From the NCBI GenBank assembly GCA_947629045.1, contig CANRCF010000001.1:72078-136077 (forward strand): a stretch of DNA of 64,000 bases. The letters run 5' to 3'. Position 1 is the first letter of the stretch. Each line of letters begins with the position of its first letter. The stretch comes from an uncultured Clostridia bacterium. Its GTDB lineage: Bacteria; Bacillota; Clostridia; TANB77; CAG-508. A program made the position numbers and the translations under genes. The notes beneath the pieces were generated by a model. It worked only from the letters and a program-made list of their open reading frames with translations, ran no database searches and had not been told where the DNA came from. Of this stretch, positions 29,774 through 39,363 are shown one piece after another.

Positions 29774-30454
29774 TTAAATTTTATTAGAATAATAGTTATC
29801 ATCATAGCTATCTTTTTTTCTTAATTTCTCTACTTGCTTATAAATATTCTTTTTCATGCTATAATACTTTTCATTTTGAATTACTAAATACCATAAATAT
29901 AACAAGATTATTATGATGGCAAAGTTATGTATGTATAAAATTGCAATACTTGAAATAATTGTAAGTAAAATCACTGTAATTTTAGCTACTAAGTTAGTTA
30001 CTTCATACGATTTTTGGTTTCCTTTTCGCATTTTTACTACTTCTTGCAAAATTCTTCCTCCGTCTAATGGATATATTGGAAGTAAATTAAAAATTGCAAG
30101 TAATATATTTGCATATATTATTGTTTCATTATTAAATATTGGAACAATTAGACATATAAAAGCAATTACTAAATTAGTAATTGGTCCTGCAAGTGCAATT
30201 GTAATTTTTTTTAATGATAAATTTATTTTTTTATTCTCATTATAACTATCTGCTGGAACTAAAAAGCTTATTTGAAATCCACATGGATTTATTTTTATGC
30301 TATTGGGTTTGAATTTTAGTGCTAGTCCACAGATTAAATGTGATAACTCATGTATTAGAGCAAATATCATTAAAAACATATATATTTCAATTTGTTTTGT
30401 AAAATAAAATAAAACTATAAATAGAAAAATTTTTAAATCTATTTTTATACTCAT
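29774..30454 (-). CDS. M50 (site-2 protease) family metallopeptidase, SpoIVFB-like
   Basis: HELSHLICG (HExxH) and NLLPIYPLDGGRIL motifs. ATG at 30454 has AAGGAG 7 nt upstream. Follows an M23-domain gene, as in spoIVFA-spoIVFB. Confidence 0.75.
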   Translation of the reverse strand: MSIKIDLKIFLFIVLFYFTKQIEIYMFLMIFALIHELSHLICGLALKFKPNSIKINPCGFQISFLVPADSYNENKKINLSLKKITIALAGPITNLVIAFICLIVPIFNNETIIYANILLAIFNLLPIYPLDGGRILQEVVKMRKGNQKSYEVTNLVAKITVILLTIISSIAILYIHNFAIIIILLYLWYLVIQNEKYYSMKKNIYKQVEKLRKKDSYDDNYYSNKI

Positions 30455-30536
30455 TTGCCTTCTCCTTTTCTTCTTAGGTTTCTCAAATTTTCTCATTTAC
30501 TTTTTTCTTCTGTTTTTTACTCTATAACATTTTGTC

Positions 30537-31664
30537 TTATCCCCACTTCAAGATTAGCTCTGGATTAATTGTTCTTCCGCTTCTTCTAATTTCAAAATGT
30601 AAATGTGGTCCTGTTGTGTTGCCAGTATTACCTGATAATGCAATTTTTTGCCCTAACTTTACTTGTTGCCCTTCTTTAACTAAAATTTTGCTACAATGTG
30701 CATAGATTGTAGTAATATCATCTTTTTCTATTTTTACGTGTGTGCCGTAGCTTCCCTCCTTAGAAACCAAGCTTACTTTTCCTTCTATTGCTGCAACTAC
30801 TGTTGTTCCAACATTTACACCTATATCAATTCCTTGGTGGTTTTCAGATACTATCTCTGTTGGCTCTCTTTTTCCATAAGGAGAGGTTATTTTACCTGAT
30901 ACTGGAATTTTCATTTTATAATTTGCTTTTATGTATTCTGCATCTTTTTCCATTTGAGTTTTGGCAGTTGTTGTATTTGTGTTTTGATTTGCTACTTGTA
31001 CAGTTTCTTCATCATCACTGCCGCCACCTATTCCCATTGTGACACTTGCATCCTTTGTATTTTCATTATTGCTTGCATCATTATTGTTTTCACTATTACT
31101 TTGATTGCTTGCTTCGTTCTTATTCTCGCTATTATTTTGATTATCTGTTTCGTTTTTATTTTCGGTATTATTTTGATTACCCGTTTCGTTCTTATTTTCT
31201 ACGTTATTTTGATTGCTTTCTACATTTTGATTTTCGTTGCTAGTATTTTCAGCATTATTTTCTTCAACGTTACTTGCCTGATTATTGTCTTCATCTTTAG
31301 AATTTTTTAGCCAACTATTTATAAATTCAAAGTTTTGTTCATTATTTTCAAAAAATTTTCCTACATTTTCTGAAACCACTTTGAAATTTATATCGGTGCT
31401 TAGCATTTGTTTTGTTTTATTAACTAAACCTTCTGAGAAAAAATAATTGGCATCTTTTATTAGTGAAAAAACTAAATATATAAGTACGCACACTAATATT
31501 TGCAATACCATTTTTTTGTATAATGAATATTGCCTTTTTTCTGCATTTTCAGTTACTTGCGAGCTTGACATTCGTACACTACTACCGCCTAGCTTTTGTC
31601 TTCTACTATAATAAATTTCTTCCGCTCTTCTTATTCTTTCTTCCGGAGACATGGTTTTTTCCAC
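30537..31664 (-). CDS. M23 family metallopeptidase with membrane anchor and Asn-rich repeat linker (SpoIVFA-position)
   Basis: C-terminal HQGIDIGV ... GNTTGPHLHFEI motifs of LytM/M23. Central NQNN(T/S/V)ENKNE repeats. Confidence 0.8.
   Translation of the reverse strand: MEKTMSPEERIRRAEEIYYSRRQKLGGSSVRMSSSQVTENAEKRQYSLYKKMVLQILVCVLIYLVFSLIKDANYFFSEGLVNKTKQMLSTDINFKVVSENVGKFFENNEQNFEFINSWLKNSKDEDNNQASNVEENNAENTSNENQNVESNQNNVENKNETGNQNNTENKNETDNQNNSENKNEASNQSNSENNNDASNNENTKDASVTMGIGGGSDDEETVQVANQNTNTTTAKTQMEKDAEYIKANYKMKIPVSGKITSPYGKREPTEIVSENHQGIDIGVNVGTTVVAAIEGKVSLVSKEGSYGTHVKIEKDDITTIYAHCSKILVKEGQQVKLGQKIALSGNTGNTTGPHLHFEIRRSGRTINPELILKWG
31095..31238 (-). repeat. In-frame 36-nt tandem repeats (about 4 units) encoding the Asn-rich linker
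   Basis: Units at 31095..31130, 31131..31166 and 31167..31202, plus a degenerate fourth. Confidence 0.6.
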
Positions 31665-31795
31665 AAAAATACACCTCTTCCTTTGTAGACTTTTTACATT
31701 TATATGTCTAGAAGAGATGCTTTATGATTAATTTATTTTTATTTAATAATTTTTTATCTTATTTATATTTTTAAACTTACCAATATAACTTTATA

Positions 31796-32167
31796 CTAAA
31801 TAAAAAAACTCATTATTGCGACAAAAGCAATGCCTACTGATAAAAAGTAATTCAATGCTCTTGCTTTTTTATATTTCTTTTTTAAATTTTGAATAGATTG
31901 ACTTTCTTTTTGATTTTTCTTTTCTGTTTTTAAAATATATTCTGCTATTAGTAATTGAGCTTCTTTTACTATATAATCTTTCGAATTTTCACTTTTTACA
32001 TTTGTCTTTTTTTCTAAATTTCCTGTTTGATTTTTATTTTTCTCACTATCAACAAACTCTAACTTCTCATTTTTCTTGTTTTGCTTTAATACAACAATGG
32101 CCTCCTCAACTAAATTAGAGGGCAAGTCCTTTAACACTACTATATTTTTCAAATTACTTGTATCCAT
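31796..32167 (-). CDS. Hypothetical protein with C-terminal membrane helix
   Basis: 123-aa Lys/Asn-rich ORF ending in ...YFLSVGIAFVAIMSFFI. Confidence 0.45.
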   Translation of the reverse strand: MDTSNLKNIVVLKDLPSNLVEEAIVVLKQNKKNEKLEFVDSEKNKNQTGNLEKKTNVKSENSKDYIVKEAQLLIAEYILKTEKKNQKESQSIQNLKKKYKKARALNYFLSVGIAFVAIMSFFI

Positions 32168-32361
32168 TTTGTACCTCCATTTTTTATATACAAATCTATT
32201 TTTGCAAGTAGCAAATTTAGTTTTTTATTATTAATAAAATTTTTTCCATTTTTTATTTTTTTATACAAGTAATTGGAAATTTATAGCTTTTATTCTTTAT
32301 GAATTCAAAATATTAAATACTTTTAATCTATTCTTACCTTATACCATTTACCTTCGGCAAC

Positions 32362-32808
32362 CTACCATTCATATACTACTTTTGCTATTTTATTTGCAAC
32401 ATTTTGTGCTAGTAAATCTACTTGATTTATATTTAGCATTTTCTGCTTGTTTGATACTACAGTTTTTATGCTTAAATATGCAGGAAAATAAAAACTTTTT
32501 CCATATGCTTTTCCTATTTCTGTTCCACCATGACTTACATAAGTTGTTCCTATTTTTTTATTTATATCAATTGCTGAATCTATTAAAATAGTCTTGCTAT
32601 ATTCATCTATTTTAAGTTTTTCATCATTTTCCAGTTGCATTAAAATTTTCTTTGCGTTTTTAAAGTGAATTGGTTCTTTCATAGTTCCAAACACTTTAAT
32701 ATTAGATATATCTTTAAAACTATCTTTTAACTTTTCTCCAACTCTCGGTCCAAAAGAATCTGATATCAATTTATTAGTGCCTATGCATACAAATACATAC
32801 TGCTCCAT
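32362..32808 (-). CDS. yyaC: Spore protease YyaC
   Basis: ...FVCIGTNKLISDSFGPRVGEKL... matches the YyaC/DUF1256 signature. Confidence 0.8.
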   Translation of the reverse strand: MEQYVFVCIGTNKLISDSFGPRVGEKLKDSFKDISNIKVFGTMKEPIHFKNAKKILMQLENDEKLKIDEYSKTILIDSAIDINKKIGTTYVSHGGTEIGKAYGKSFYFPAYLSIKTVVSNKQKMLNINQVDLLAQNVANKIAKVVYEW

Positions 32809-32920
32809 GCCATTTCCCCTTTTGCATTTTATTTAAACTTTTTAAATTATGTTTTATAAAAAACTTCGCTTTTAATTTAAAAATTAATATTTTATTTTTT
32901 AGTTTACAATATTATAATTA

Positions 32921-33175
32921 TTAATCTTTGCTAAAAGAAATGACAATTTTAACGTTTTTGTTGTTTTTATATTTCTTTATTATATCTTCTGAAAAGCCTG
33001 CTACTTCGTTTGAAAGTACAATTGTATCATAATCATTTTTAACTAAGTTTCTTACTGTTTCATCTGTTTTTTCTAAATCACTTAATGAAAACACATCAAA
33101 TCCTAAAGCTTCTGGTAAGCGAAAACTTCTTTTGTCTTTTTCATATTTAACCCAAGATATTTTCATTTTCATCAC
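32921..33175 (-). CDS. V-type ATPase subunit F-like small protein (orphan)
   Basis: ...ALGFDVFSLSDLEKTDETVRNLVKNDYDTIVLSNEVAGFSEDIIKKYKN... resembles V/A-ATPase subunit F. No other ATPase genes are nearby. Confidence 0.4.
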   Translation of the reverse strand: MMKMKISWVKYEKDKRSFRLPEALGFDVFSLSDLEKTDETVRNLVKNDYDTIVLSNEVAGFSEDIIKKYKNNKNVKIVISFSKD

Positions 33176-33256
33176 CAGTACTTAGTTTTTGATGTGTTTT
33201 ACTTTTTTATTCATTATTATTTTTTAAATATTTATAAAATTAAAAAATTAATTTGG

Positions 33257-33328
33257 TTGCAAATTTTAATTGTTTACATTTTGCAAACTTTAATTATTTA
33301 CATTTTACAAACTTTAATTACTTTACTT
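33257..33328. repeat. Three tandem 24-nt repeats
   Basis: TTGCAAATTTTAATTGTTTACATT / TTGCAAACTTTAATTATTTACATT / TTACAAACTTTAATTACTTTACTT. The third unit overlaps the stop of the upstream gene. Confidence 0.75.
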
Positions 33329-33998
33329 TCATACTTCTTAATTTTTCTTTTGTTTTATCATCAACTCTATATGATTCTATCATTTTTTGCAAAGCTTTAT
33401 TATATGTAAATTTATCTAAATTATTATTGTTTAAAAATTTCATCGTTTTTTCAGGAAATTTTATATAACATTCTGATATTGCCCAAGCTACAGCCATTTT
33501 TACATAGTAGCCATCATGCTGTATATTATTATATATTTTTAATACTTCATCTATATATTTTTCTTTTATGTAGTAATCCATTAGCATAACAATTGCAAAA
33601 CGAAGCTCATATTCTTCATTTGAATTTATATATTTTTGTAAATAATCCCATATTTCTTCCAAATTTTTTTCTACAAATTTAAAGGTTGAGATAGTAGAGT
33701 CGCAAACCGCCCAATTATCAATCATAGGAACGAATTTATCTAAGTATTTTATTCTTTCTTCTAGTTTCATAGCTTTGTAGCCTATCACAAATCCATATAA
33801 CATTTTTTCTTCGTAAAATTTTATATCTGCGTTTTCTAAATATTTATATGCATCGTATTTTACAATTTCTTTTGCTAAGCTTCTTAAAATAGGAATTCGT
33901 ACACCTATTATATTATCTACATTTGGACATAAACCACTATGAAATTTTTGGTACTTCTTATCTTGCAATTCTAATAATCTATCTCTTATGTTTTGCAT
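33318..33998 (-). CDS. DNA alkylation repair protein (AlkD-like HEAT-repeat family)
   Basis: MQNIRDRLLELQDKKYQKFHSGLCPNVDNIIGVRIPILRSLAKEI...WAVCDS... matches the family. Confidence 0.75.
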   Translation of the reverse strand: MQNIRDRLLELQDKKYQKFHSGLCPNVDNIIGVRIPILRSLAKEIVKYDAYKYLENADIKFYEEKMLYGFVIGYKAMKLEERIKYLDKFVPMIDNWAVCDSTISTFKFVEKNLEEIWDYLQKYINSNEEYELRFAIVMLMDYYIKEKYIDEVLKIYNNIQHDGYYVKMAVAWAISECYIKFPEKTMKFLNNNNLDKFTYNKALQKMIESYRVDDKTKEKLRSMKVK

Positions 33999-34005
33999 TT
34001 TATTT

Positions 34006-34533
34006 TTACCCTTCTGCTGGTGGATTTAAAATATTTTGAACATCTGCATCTTTTTTTAATTCATCAGAGCCAATATACTCTTTTGCTCTTTTATCTTGTG
34101 AAATTGCGGCAAGTACTATATCTTTATCATTCCTCATTCGTTTGCTTGCATATTTTAAAATTAATCCTTTATTTTGAACTGCCGCTAAAACCATGTCTTT
34201 ATCATCGCGAAGCTCTTTTGATGCATAATACAAAATTTGCCCATCTATTTTTGCACCTGATAGCATAACCTCTTTATCTGCTCTTAGTTTATCACTTGCA
34301 TAGCAGGCTGTCCACCCTACTTTTGAAACTGATGGCATAACTACTTCTTTATCATTTTTTAATTTTGGGCTTGCAAATTCAAGTGCTATTGGGTTTTGAT
34401 TAATGGCTTCCATAACTATTTCTTTGTCATCTTGCAATTTTGAACTTGCTAAATCTAATAATTTTCCATCTTGTTTTACCATTTGCATAACATATTCTTT
34501 ATCGTCTGCTTTATTTATATCAAATTCTTCCAT
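34006..34533 (-). CDS. DUF4116 repeat protein
   Basis: Repeated ...YAS(K/D)(E/K)L(R/K)(N/D)DK(E/D)(V/I)V(L/M)xAV... units. Confidence 0.75.
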   Translation of the reverse strand: MEEFDINKADDKEYVMQMVKQDGKLLDLASSKLQDDKEIVMEAINQNPIALEFASPKLKNDKEVVMPSVSKVGWTACYASDKLRADKEVMLSGAKIDGQILYYASKELRDDKDMVLAAVQNKGLILKYASKRMRNDKDIVLAAISQDKRAKEYIGSDELKKDADVQNILNPPAEG

Positions 34534-34547
34534 TTTTCTTTCCTTTT

Positions 34548-36725
34548 TTATTTTAAATCATTTTTGTCATTTGTCCTAATTGCCCCATAGCCAATACCTT
34601 GCTCTTTCATCACGTGAATAATATTTATAAAATCATTTACATCTTGATTTTTTTCTAAGTAAATTTTCGTAATATGTCCACCATTTGTGTATTGATGATA
34701 TGGTGCTTCTAGCAAGATTTTTTCCTTAGCGGTAACTTTACATTGACTAGGTATGTGAAATGAATTAGTATAACTTTCTTTATCTGTAATTCCTTTTAAT
34801 TTTCCATAAATCGCTTGGTCTAATTTAATTAGCTTTCCTGTAATTTCTCCATCTGGTGTTGCTACCAAATTAAAATTCATGTTATATTTTTTTGAATATT
34901 CATCACATTTTGCTCTCATTGTTTTAATAATTTTTTTGCCTAACTTTTGTGCTTCTTCGCTTTCTCCATGATGCTTTCCAGTTAACGCTTTTAAACATTC
35001 TGCTAAGCCTACAAAACCTATGCTTAAAGTTCCGTGTTTTAACACTTTCTTTAAATTATCTGTTTCTTTTATTTTTTCGCTATCTAGCCATATTTGCTCT
35101 CCCATTAAAAATGGAAAATTATATGCTTTTTTCTTACATTGTATTTCATATCTTTCTATTAATTGGTCTTTGCTTAAATCTAATTTTTCTTCTAATTCTT
35201 CAAAAAATCCATTTAAGTTTGCCTTTTCATTAGAAACTACTCCATATTTTATTCCAAGCCTTGGTAGGTTTATTGTAGTAAGTGATAAATTTCCTCTACC
35301 AATTGAAGTTTCTTTGTTTGAATCTACTTCATTTTCCATTACTCTTGCACTTGTTCCCATGTATGCTACTTCTGTTTCTATTTTGTTTGGTTTATAGAAT
35401 TTTTTATTAAATGGAGCATCTAAAAATGAAAATGTTGGAAAATCTCTTTTCATTGATACCCTACATGCAAGCTTAAATAAGTCATAGTTAGGTTCTCCCT
35501 CATTATAATTTACCCCTTCTTTTACTTTAAATATAGAAATTGGGAATGTAGATGTTTCATGGTTTCCAAGCCCTGCTTCTGCTGCCTCTAAGAAGTTTTT
35601 TATTACCATTCTTCCTTCTTTTGAGGTATCTGTTCCAAAGTTAATGGAGGATGCTGGAATTTGGCTTCCTACCTTAGCTTGCATAGTGTTTAATGTATGT
35701 ATAAATGATTCCATTGCTTGATATGTAATTCTATTTGTTTTTTCTAATGCTTTTTTGTATGAAATTCTAAACATTCTTTTTAATTCTTCTGAATCTCTAC
35801 AATATTTATCAAATATACTACTATCAAATTCAATAGTGTTTATTTTTTCTATTTCTCTTTCTATGCCATTTATGGCAATAAATTTGTCAAAGTCCGTTAA
35901 TTCTAGATAATCAAAAATAATTTGTTTTAATTGCTTTTTAAAAGTTTTTAAAACACCCGGTGCCATGTAATAGTCAAACGCAGGAATTCCCTGCTCTCCA
36001 TGTTGGTCATTTTGATTAGATTCTATTGCTATTGTAGCTAAGGCTGTGTATGACCTTATATCATTTGGACTTCTTAAAAAGCAAAAGCCTGCTGAAAAGC
36101 CATCTTCATATAATTTTTCAAGATTTATTTGTGTGCAAGAGGTTGTTCCCATTGGAATAAAATCCATATCATGAATAAAAATATCGCCATTTTCATGTGC
36201 TTCTGAAAATTTCTTTTTCATTAAGTAAGTTATTGCAAACTGCCTAGAAATTGTGCCACCATACTCTAGCATTGTGCTCATGGTGGTTTCGCCTTCTTTA
36301 TTTACTTTTTCTTCTCCTTCTGCTGATTTTAAGCCTAAATTTTCCAATGCTTTTAAAAACTTATGTTGCTTTTTTTCATCAAAAAATAACTGTCTTGATT
36401 GTGCTCTTTTTTCACGATAGCTAGAAAATGCCTCATAAACATCTTGATATCCATTATTTTTTAATTCTTCTTCTATTAAATCTTGTATTTCTTCTATTTT
36501 AATTCTTTCTCCTTCTATTTTCTCAATTCTCGAAAGAACTTTGCTATATACTTTATTTACATCTGTTTGGTTGTATTTTGCATTTGCTAAATCTTCATTT
36601 CCAACAATATCGCCAAAACCCTTTTGTATTGCTAATGCTATTTTGGCTCCATCAAATTCAACCTTTTTTCCGTCTCTTTTAATTACAGTTTTTTTAGCTA
36701 CTTTTTCTGGTACTTCTATTATCAT
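34548..36725 (-). CDS. nrdD: Anaerobic ribonucleoside-triphosphate reductase (class III)
   Basis: N-terminal ATP-cone (VIKRDGKKVEFDGAKI) in a ~725-aa glycyl-radical enzyme. ATG at 36725 has GAAAGGA 8 nt upstream. Confidence 0.9.
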   Translation of the reverse strand: MIIEVPEKVAKKTVIKRDGKKVEFDGAKIALAIQKGFGDIVGNEDLANAKYNQTDVNKVYSKVLSRIEKIEGERIKIEEIQDLIEEELKNNGYQDVYEAFSSYREKRAQSRQLFFDEKKQHKFLKALENLGLKSAEGEEKVNKEGETTMSTMLEYGGTISRQFAITYLMKKKFSEAHENGDIFIHDMDFIPMGTTSCTQINLEKLYEDGFSAGFCFLRSPNDIRSYTALATIAIESNQNDQHGEQGIPAFDYYMAPGVLKTFKKQLKQIIFDYLELTDFDKFIAINGIEREIEKINTIEFDSSIFDKYCRDSEELKRMFRISYKKALEKTNRITYQAMESFIHTLNTMQAKVGSQIPASSINFGTDTSKEGRMVIKNFLEAAEAGLGNHETSTFPISIFKVKEGVNYNEGEPNYDLFKLACRVSMKRDFPTFSFLDAPFNKKFYKPNKIETEVAYMGTSARVMENEVDSNKETSIGRGNLSLTTINLPRLGIKYGVVSNEKANLNGFFEELEEKLDLSKDQLIERYEIQCKKKAYNFPFLMGEQIWLDSEKIKETDNLKKVLKHGTLSIGFVGLAECLKALTGKHHGESEEAQKLGKKIIKTMRAKCDEYSKKYNMNFNLVATPDGEITGKLIKLDQAIYGKLKGITDKESYTNSFHIPSQCKVTAKEKILLEAPYHQYTNGGHITKIYLEKNQDVNDFINIIHVMKEQGIGYGAIRTNDKNDLK

Positions 36726-36920
36726 ATTTACCATCCTTTCGCTAGCTTTTTCTTTATTATATAGTTACGAATTTGATTAGTCAACATTTATACTATAAAT
36801 CACATAGTACAAATGGCATTTACTTTACAGAATTGCATTTAACTTTTCACTTGATGTTTCAAACTTTTTGTATTTTGCAAAATAAAAGTAACATACTTTG
36901 ATAATTTAATAGAGCATAAA

Positions 36921-36952
36921 CAAAACCGATAGCAATTACACTATCGGCTTTG
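36921..36952 (-). terminator. Rho-independent terminator of the G+C-rich orphan gene
   Basis: Minus strand reads AAAGCCGATAG-tgtaattg-CTATCGGTTTT followed by GTTT. Confidence 0.65.
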
Positions 36953-37008
36953 TGTCCTCTCCAATAATATTTTGTTGTTCATCTGAATTACAAAATTTAC
37001 TTTAAGGT

Positions 37009-37422
37009 TCACTCTGTATGCATAGGAACCATTCCGCAGAATTCCTCGAGTGTTGTATTGCCATAGAATTTACTAAGGCTCTTACAGTTCTCGATCTCTG
37101 CGATTTCTCTGCCTGCTCTTCCTGCTTCATTTGCGAGATAATATACAGTTTCGTTCCACTTTCTGTAGAACATTCCCTGCTTAACATAAGGGTTTCCCCA
37201 TCTGTAAAAGCTTAGGGCTACCCACTCAGCTTCACCCTTTACCTGTAACTCATCTACGCTAAATCTCGGCTCCGGGTTGTCGATAAACGGACTGTAATCA
37301 ATGCTTTTAGAAATCTCTTCAAGCTTGGTTAAGTTTCTTTTCTTTCTTAACTCAAGAATTCCAAGATCTACAAGCCGATCAACTTCAGAACGTACATGAT
37401 CTATAAGTGCTGCTCTATCCAT
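37009..37422 (-). CDS. Hypothetical protein (137 aa), compositionally foreign
   Basis: ORF with GGAGAG upstream, its own terminator and a 5' UTR hairpin. Visibly higher G+C than everything around it. No family recognised. Confidence 0.6.
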   Translation of the reverse strand: MDRAALIDHVRSEVDRLVDLGILELRKKRNLTKLEEISKSIDYSPFIDNPEPRFSVDELQVKGEAEWVALSFYRWGNPYVKQGMFYRKWNETVYYLANEAGRAGREIAEIENCKSLSKFYGNTTLEEFCGMVPMHTE

Positions 37423-37637
37423 TATGAGTCTCTCCTATCTTATATTTGAATTAGCTAAGAAGTTTTTGGAGAGGAACTTTTCTAACTAATTCATGGCATT
37501 ATTATATAACCTTTTCGGTGTTATGTCAATCTTTAATATTAAAAACTACAATTTTTATACTTCATAACTACATTTAAAACAAACTATTTTTAAAAATAAT
37601 ACATATTATTTTAATTATTTGAATAAAGGTTTAATTT

Positions 37638-38468
37638 CTATGCGCTCTTTAATTCAAGCCTCAACTTATCAGCAATCATTGCAATAAACTCTGAGTTTGT
37701 AGGCTTTCCTTTTGATGCTGAAACAGTGTATCCAAATATGTTTTCTACTGTTTCTTGTTCGCCTCTTCCCCATGCAACTTCTATTGCATGACGAATTGCT
37801 CTTTCTACTCTTGATGGTGTAGTATTATATTTTCCAGCAATATTAGGGTAAAGCTGTTTTGTAATTTGATTTATTACATCTGTATCTTTTATAACCATCA
37901 TAATTGCTTCACGTAAATATTGATAACCTTTAATGTGTGCAGGTACACCTACTTCATGGATTACGTTTGTTACTAATGCTTCAAGGTTTTCTTGATTTTT
38001 CTTTTTTTCTGGAGAGATATCAATATACTGAGCTTTAATTTCTCTGCTAATAAGTCCACCTTTAAATTGACCTGGTTGATAATTTTTAAGCTCCTTCATT
38101 CTTTTAATTAGCACATTTATATCGAATGGTTTTACTATGTAATATTGTGCTCCTAATGCAATTGCTTTTTGTGTTATTTTGTCTTGTCCAACTGCTGATA
38201 AAATAATGCATAATGGTCTTTTTCCCATTTCTGTTTCATATATTTTTTCAAGTACGCCTAAACCATCTAAATGAGGCATAATAATATCTAATAATAAAAT
38301 ATCTGGTTCTAGATTTAATGCCATTTCTACTGCTTCATTGCCATCCCTTGCAATTCCTACTACTTCGATTTGCTCCTCCTTTTGTAAATAATTTGATAAT
38401 GTTGTTGTAAAGTCATTGTTGTCATCTGCTATTAATACTGTAATTTTTTCGTTCACTTTTTTACCCAC
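37638..38468 (-). CDS. spo0A: Sporulation master regulator Spo0A
   Basis: Receiver domain ([10 protein letters not shown]...[14 protein letters not shown]) plus the Spo0A DNA-binding domain (...[19 protein letters not shown]...[15 protein letters not shown]). Confidence 0.95.
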   Translation of the reverse strand: MGKKVNEKITVLIADDNNDFTTTLSNYLQKEEQIEVVGIARDGNEAVEMALNLEPDILLLDIIMPHLDGLGVLEKIYETEMGKRPLCIILSAVGQDKITQKAIALGAQYYIVKPFDINVLIKRMKELKNYQPGQFKGGLISREIKAQYIDISPEKKKNQENLEALVTNVIHEVGVPAHIKGYQYLREAIMMVIKDTDVINQITKQLYPNIAGKYNTTPSRVERAIRHAIEVAWGRGEQETVENIFGYTVSASKGKPTNSEFIAMIADKLRLELKSA

Positions 38469-38601
38469 CTTTCAAAATTTGTAAATATTTAACATTTTTT
38501 ACATTTCAAATTATATTACTGTTTAGTGGATTTGGCAATAAGTTTTTGGAATTTTTTTCCATATTTTCATAATTTCATTTATTTTTAGCCATTTTTTAAA
38601 A

Positions 38602-39219
38602 TTATTTTCTAATATTCTTTTCTTTTACAATTTCTATTTTTTCTATATTAAACTGATTTTCTTGTATTTCATTTATTATTTTCGTTTTTTCGTATAAAGA
38701 AATTTCTATAATACAGCTTACATCCTCTGAAAAATTACTTTCTATGATATTTATATTGTTTGTTTGACAATAATATTTAAATTTTTGAAACTCTTGATAT
38801 GGTATTATTATTTTTATTTCTAATCCCGGTTCTTCTGAAATAATAATTGCACTTTCTAAAGCTTCTTTAGTAGCTTCCGTATATGCTCTTACTAAGCCTC
38901 CTGTTCCTAAAAGTATTCCGCCAAAATATCTAGTTACTACTGCTAAAACATTTACCATTTCCGACTTTGCTAATAAATTTAACATTGGCTGACCTGCCGT
39001 ACCTGATGGCTCCCCGTCATCACTTGACTTTTCTAATATTTCATTACTTTTTTGAATTCGATAGGCATAGCAATTATGCCTAGCATCATGATACTTTTTC
39101 CTTATTTGTGCTAGTTTTTGCTCTGCTTCTTCTACGGTTTTCACATAGAATATGTTTGCTATAAACTTTGACTTTTTTTCTACAATTTGTGCTGTTACAT
39201 CTTCTTTTATTGTTTTCAA
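38602..39219 (-). CDS. YigZ/IMPACT family protein
   Basis: ...EKKSKFIANIFYV...HNCYAYRI...DDGEPSGTAGQPMLNLL... Confidence 0.85.
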   Translation of the reverse strand: MKTIKEDVTAQIVEKKSKFIANIFYVKTVEEAEQKLAQIRKKYHDARHNCYAYRIQKSNEILEKSSDDGEPSGTAGQPMLNLLAKSEMVNVLAVVTRYFGGILLGTGGLVRAYTEATKEALESAIIISEEPGLEIKIIIPYQEFQKFKYYCQTNNINIIESNFSEDVSCIIEISLYEKTKIINEIQENQFNIEKIEIVKEKNIRK

Positions 39220-39363
39220 ATTTTATACCCCTTTTTATTTAATATATCTCTAATTCTTATTTTTCCGTCTGGTGCCATCATTTTCAATTGACTACATTTT
39301 TTAGTCAGTTCACTACCTTCTTTTTTAATACTGACCAATATTTTCTTGGTTCTTTACTATCAG

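Noticed and set aside
37002-37215. Track ORFs 37002..37187 (-) and 37018..37215 (+).
   Set aside because: They overlap the better-supported 137-aa ORF 37009..37422 and arise from the low stop density of this G+C-rich patch.
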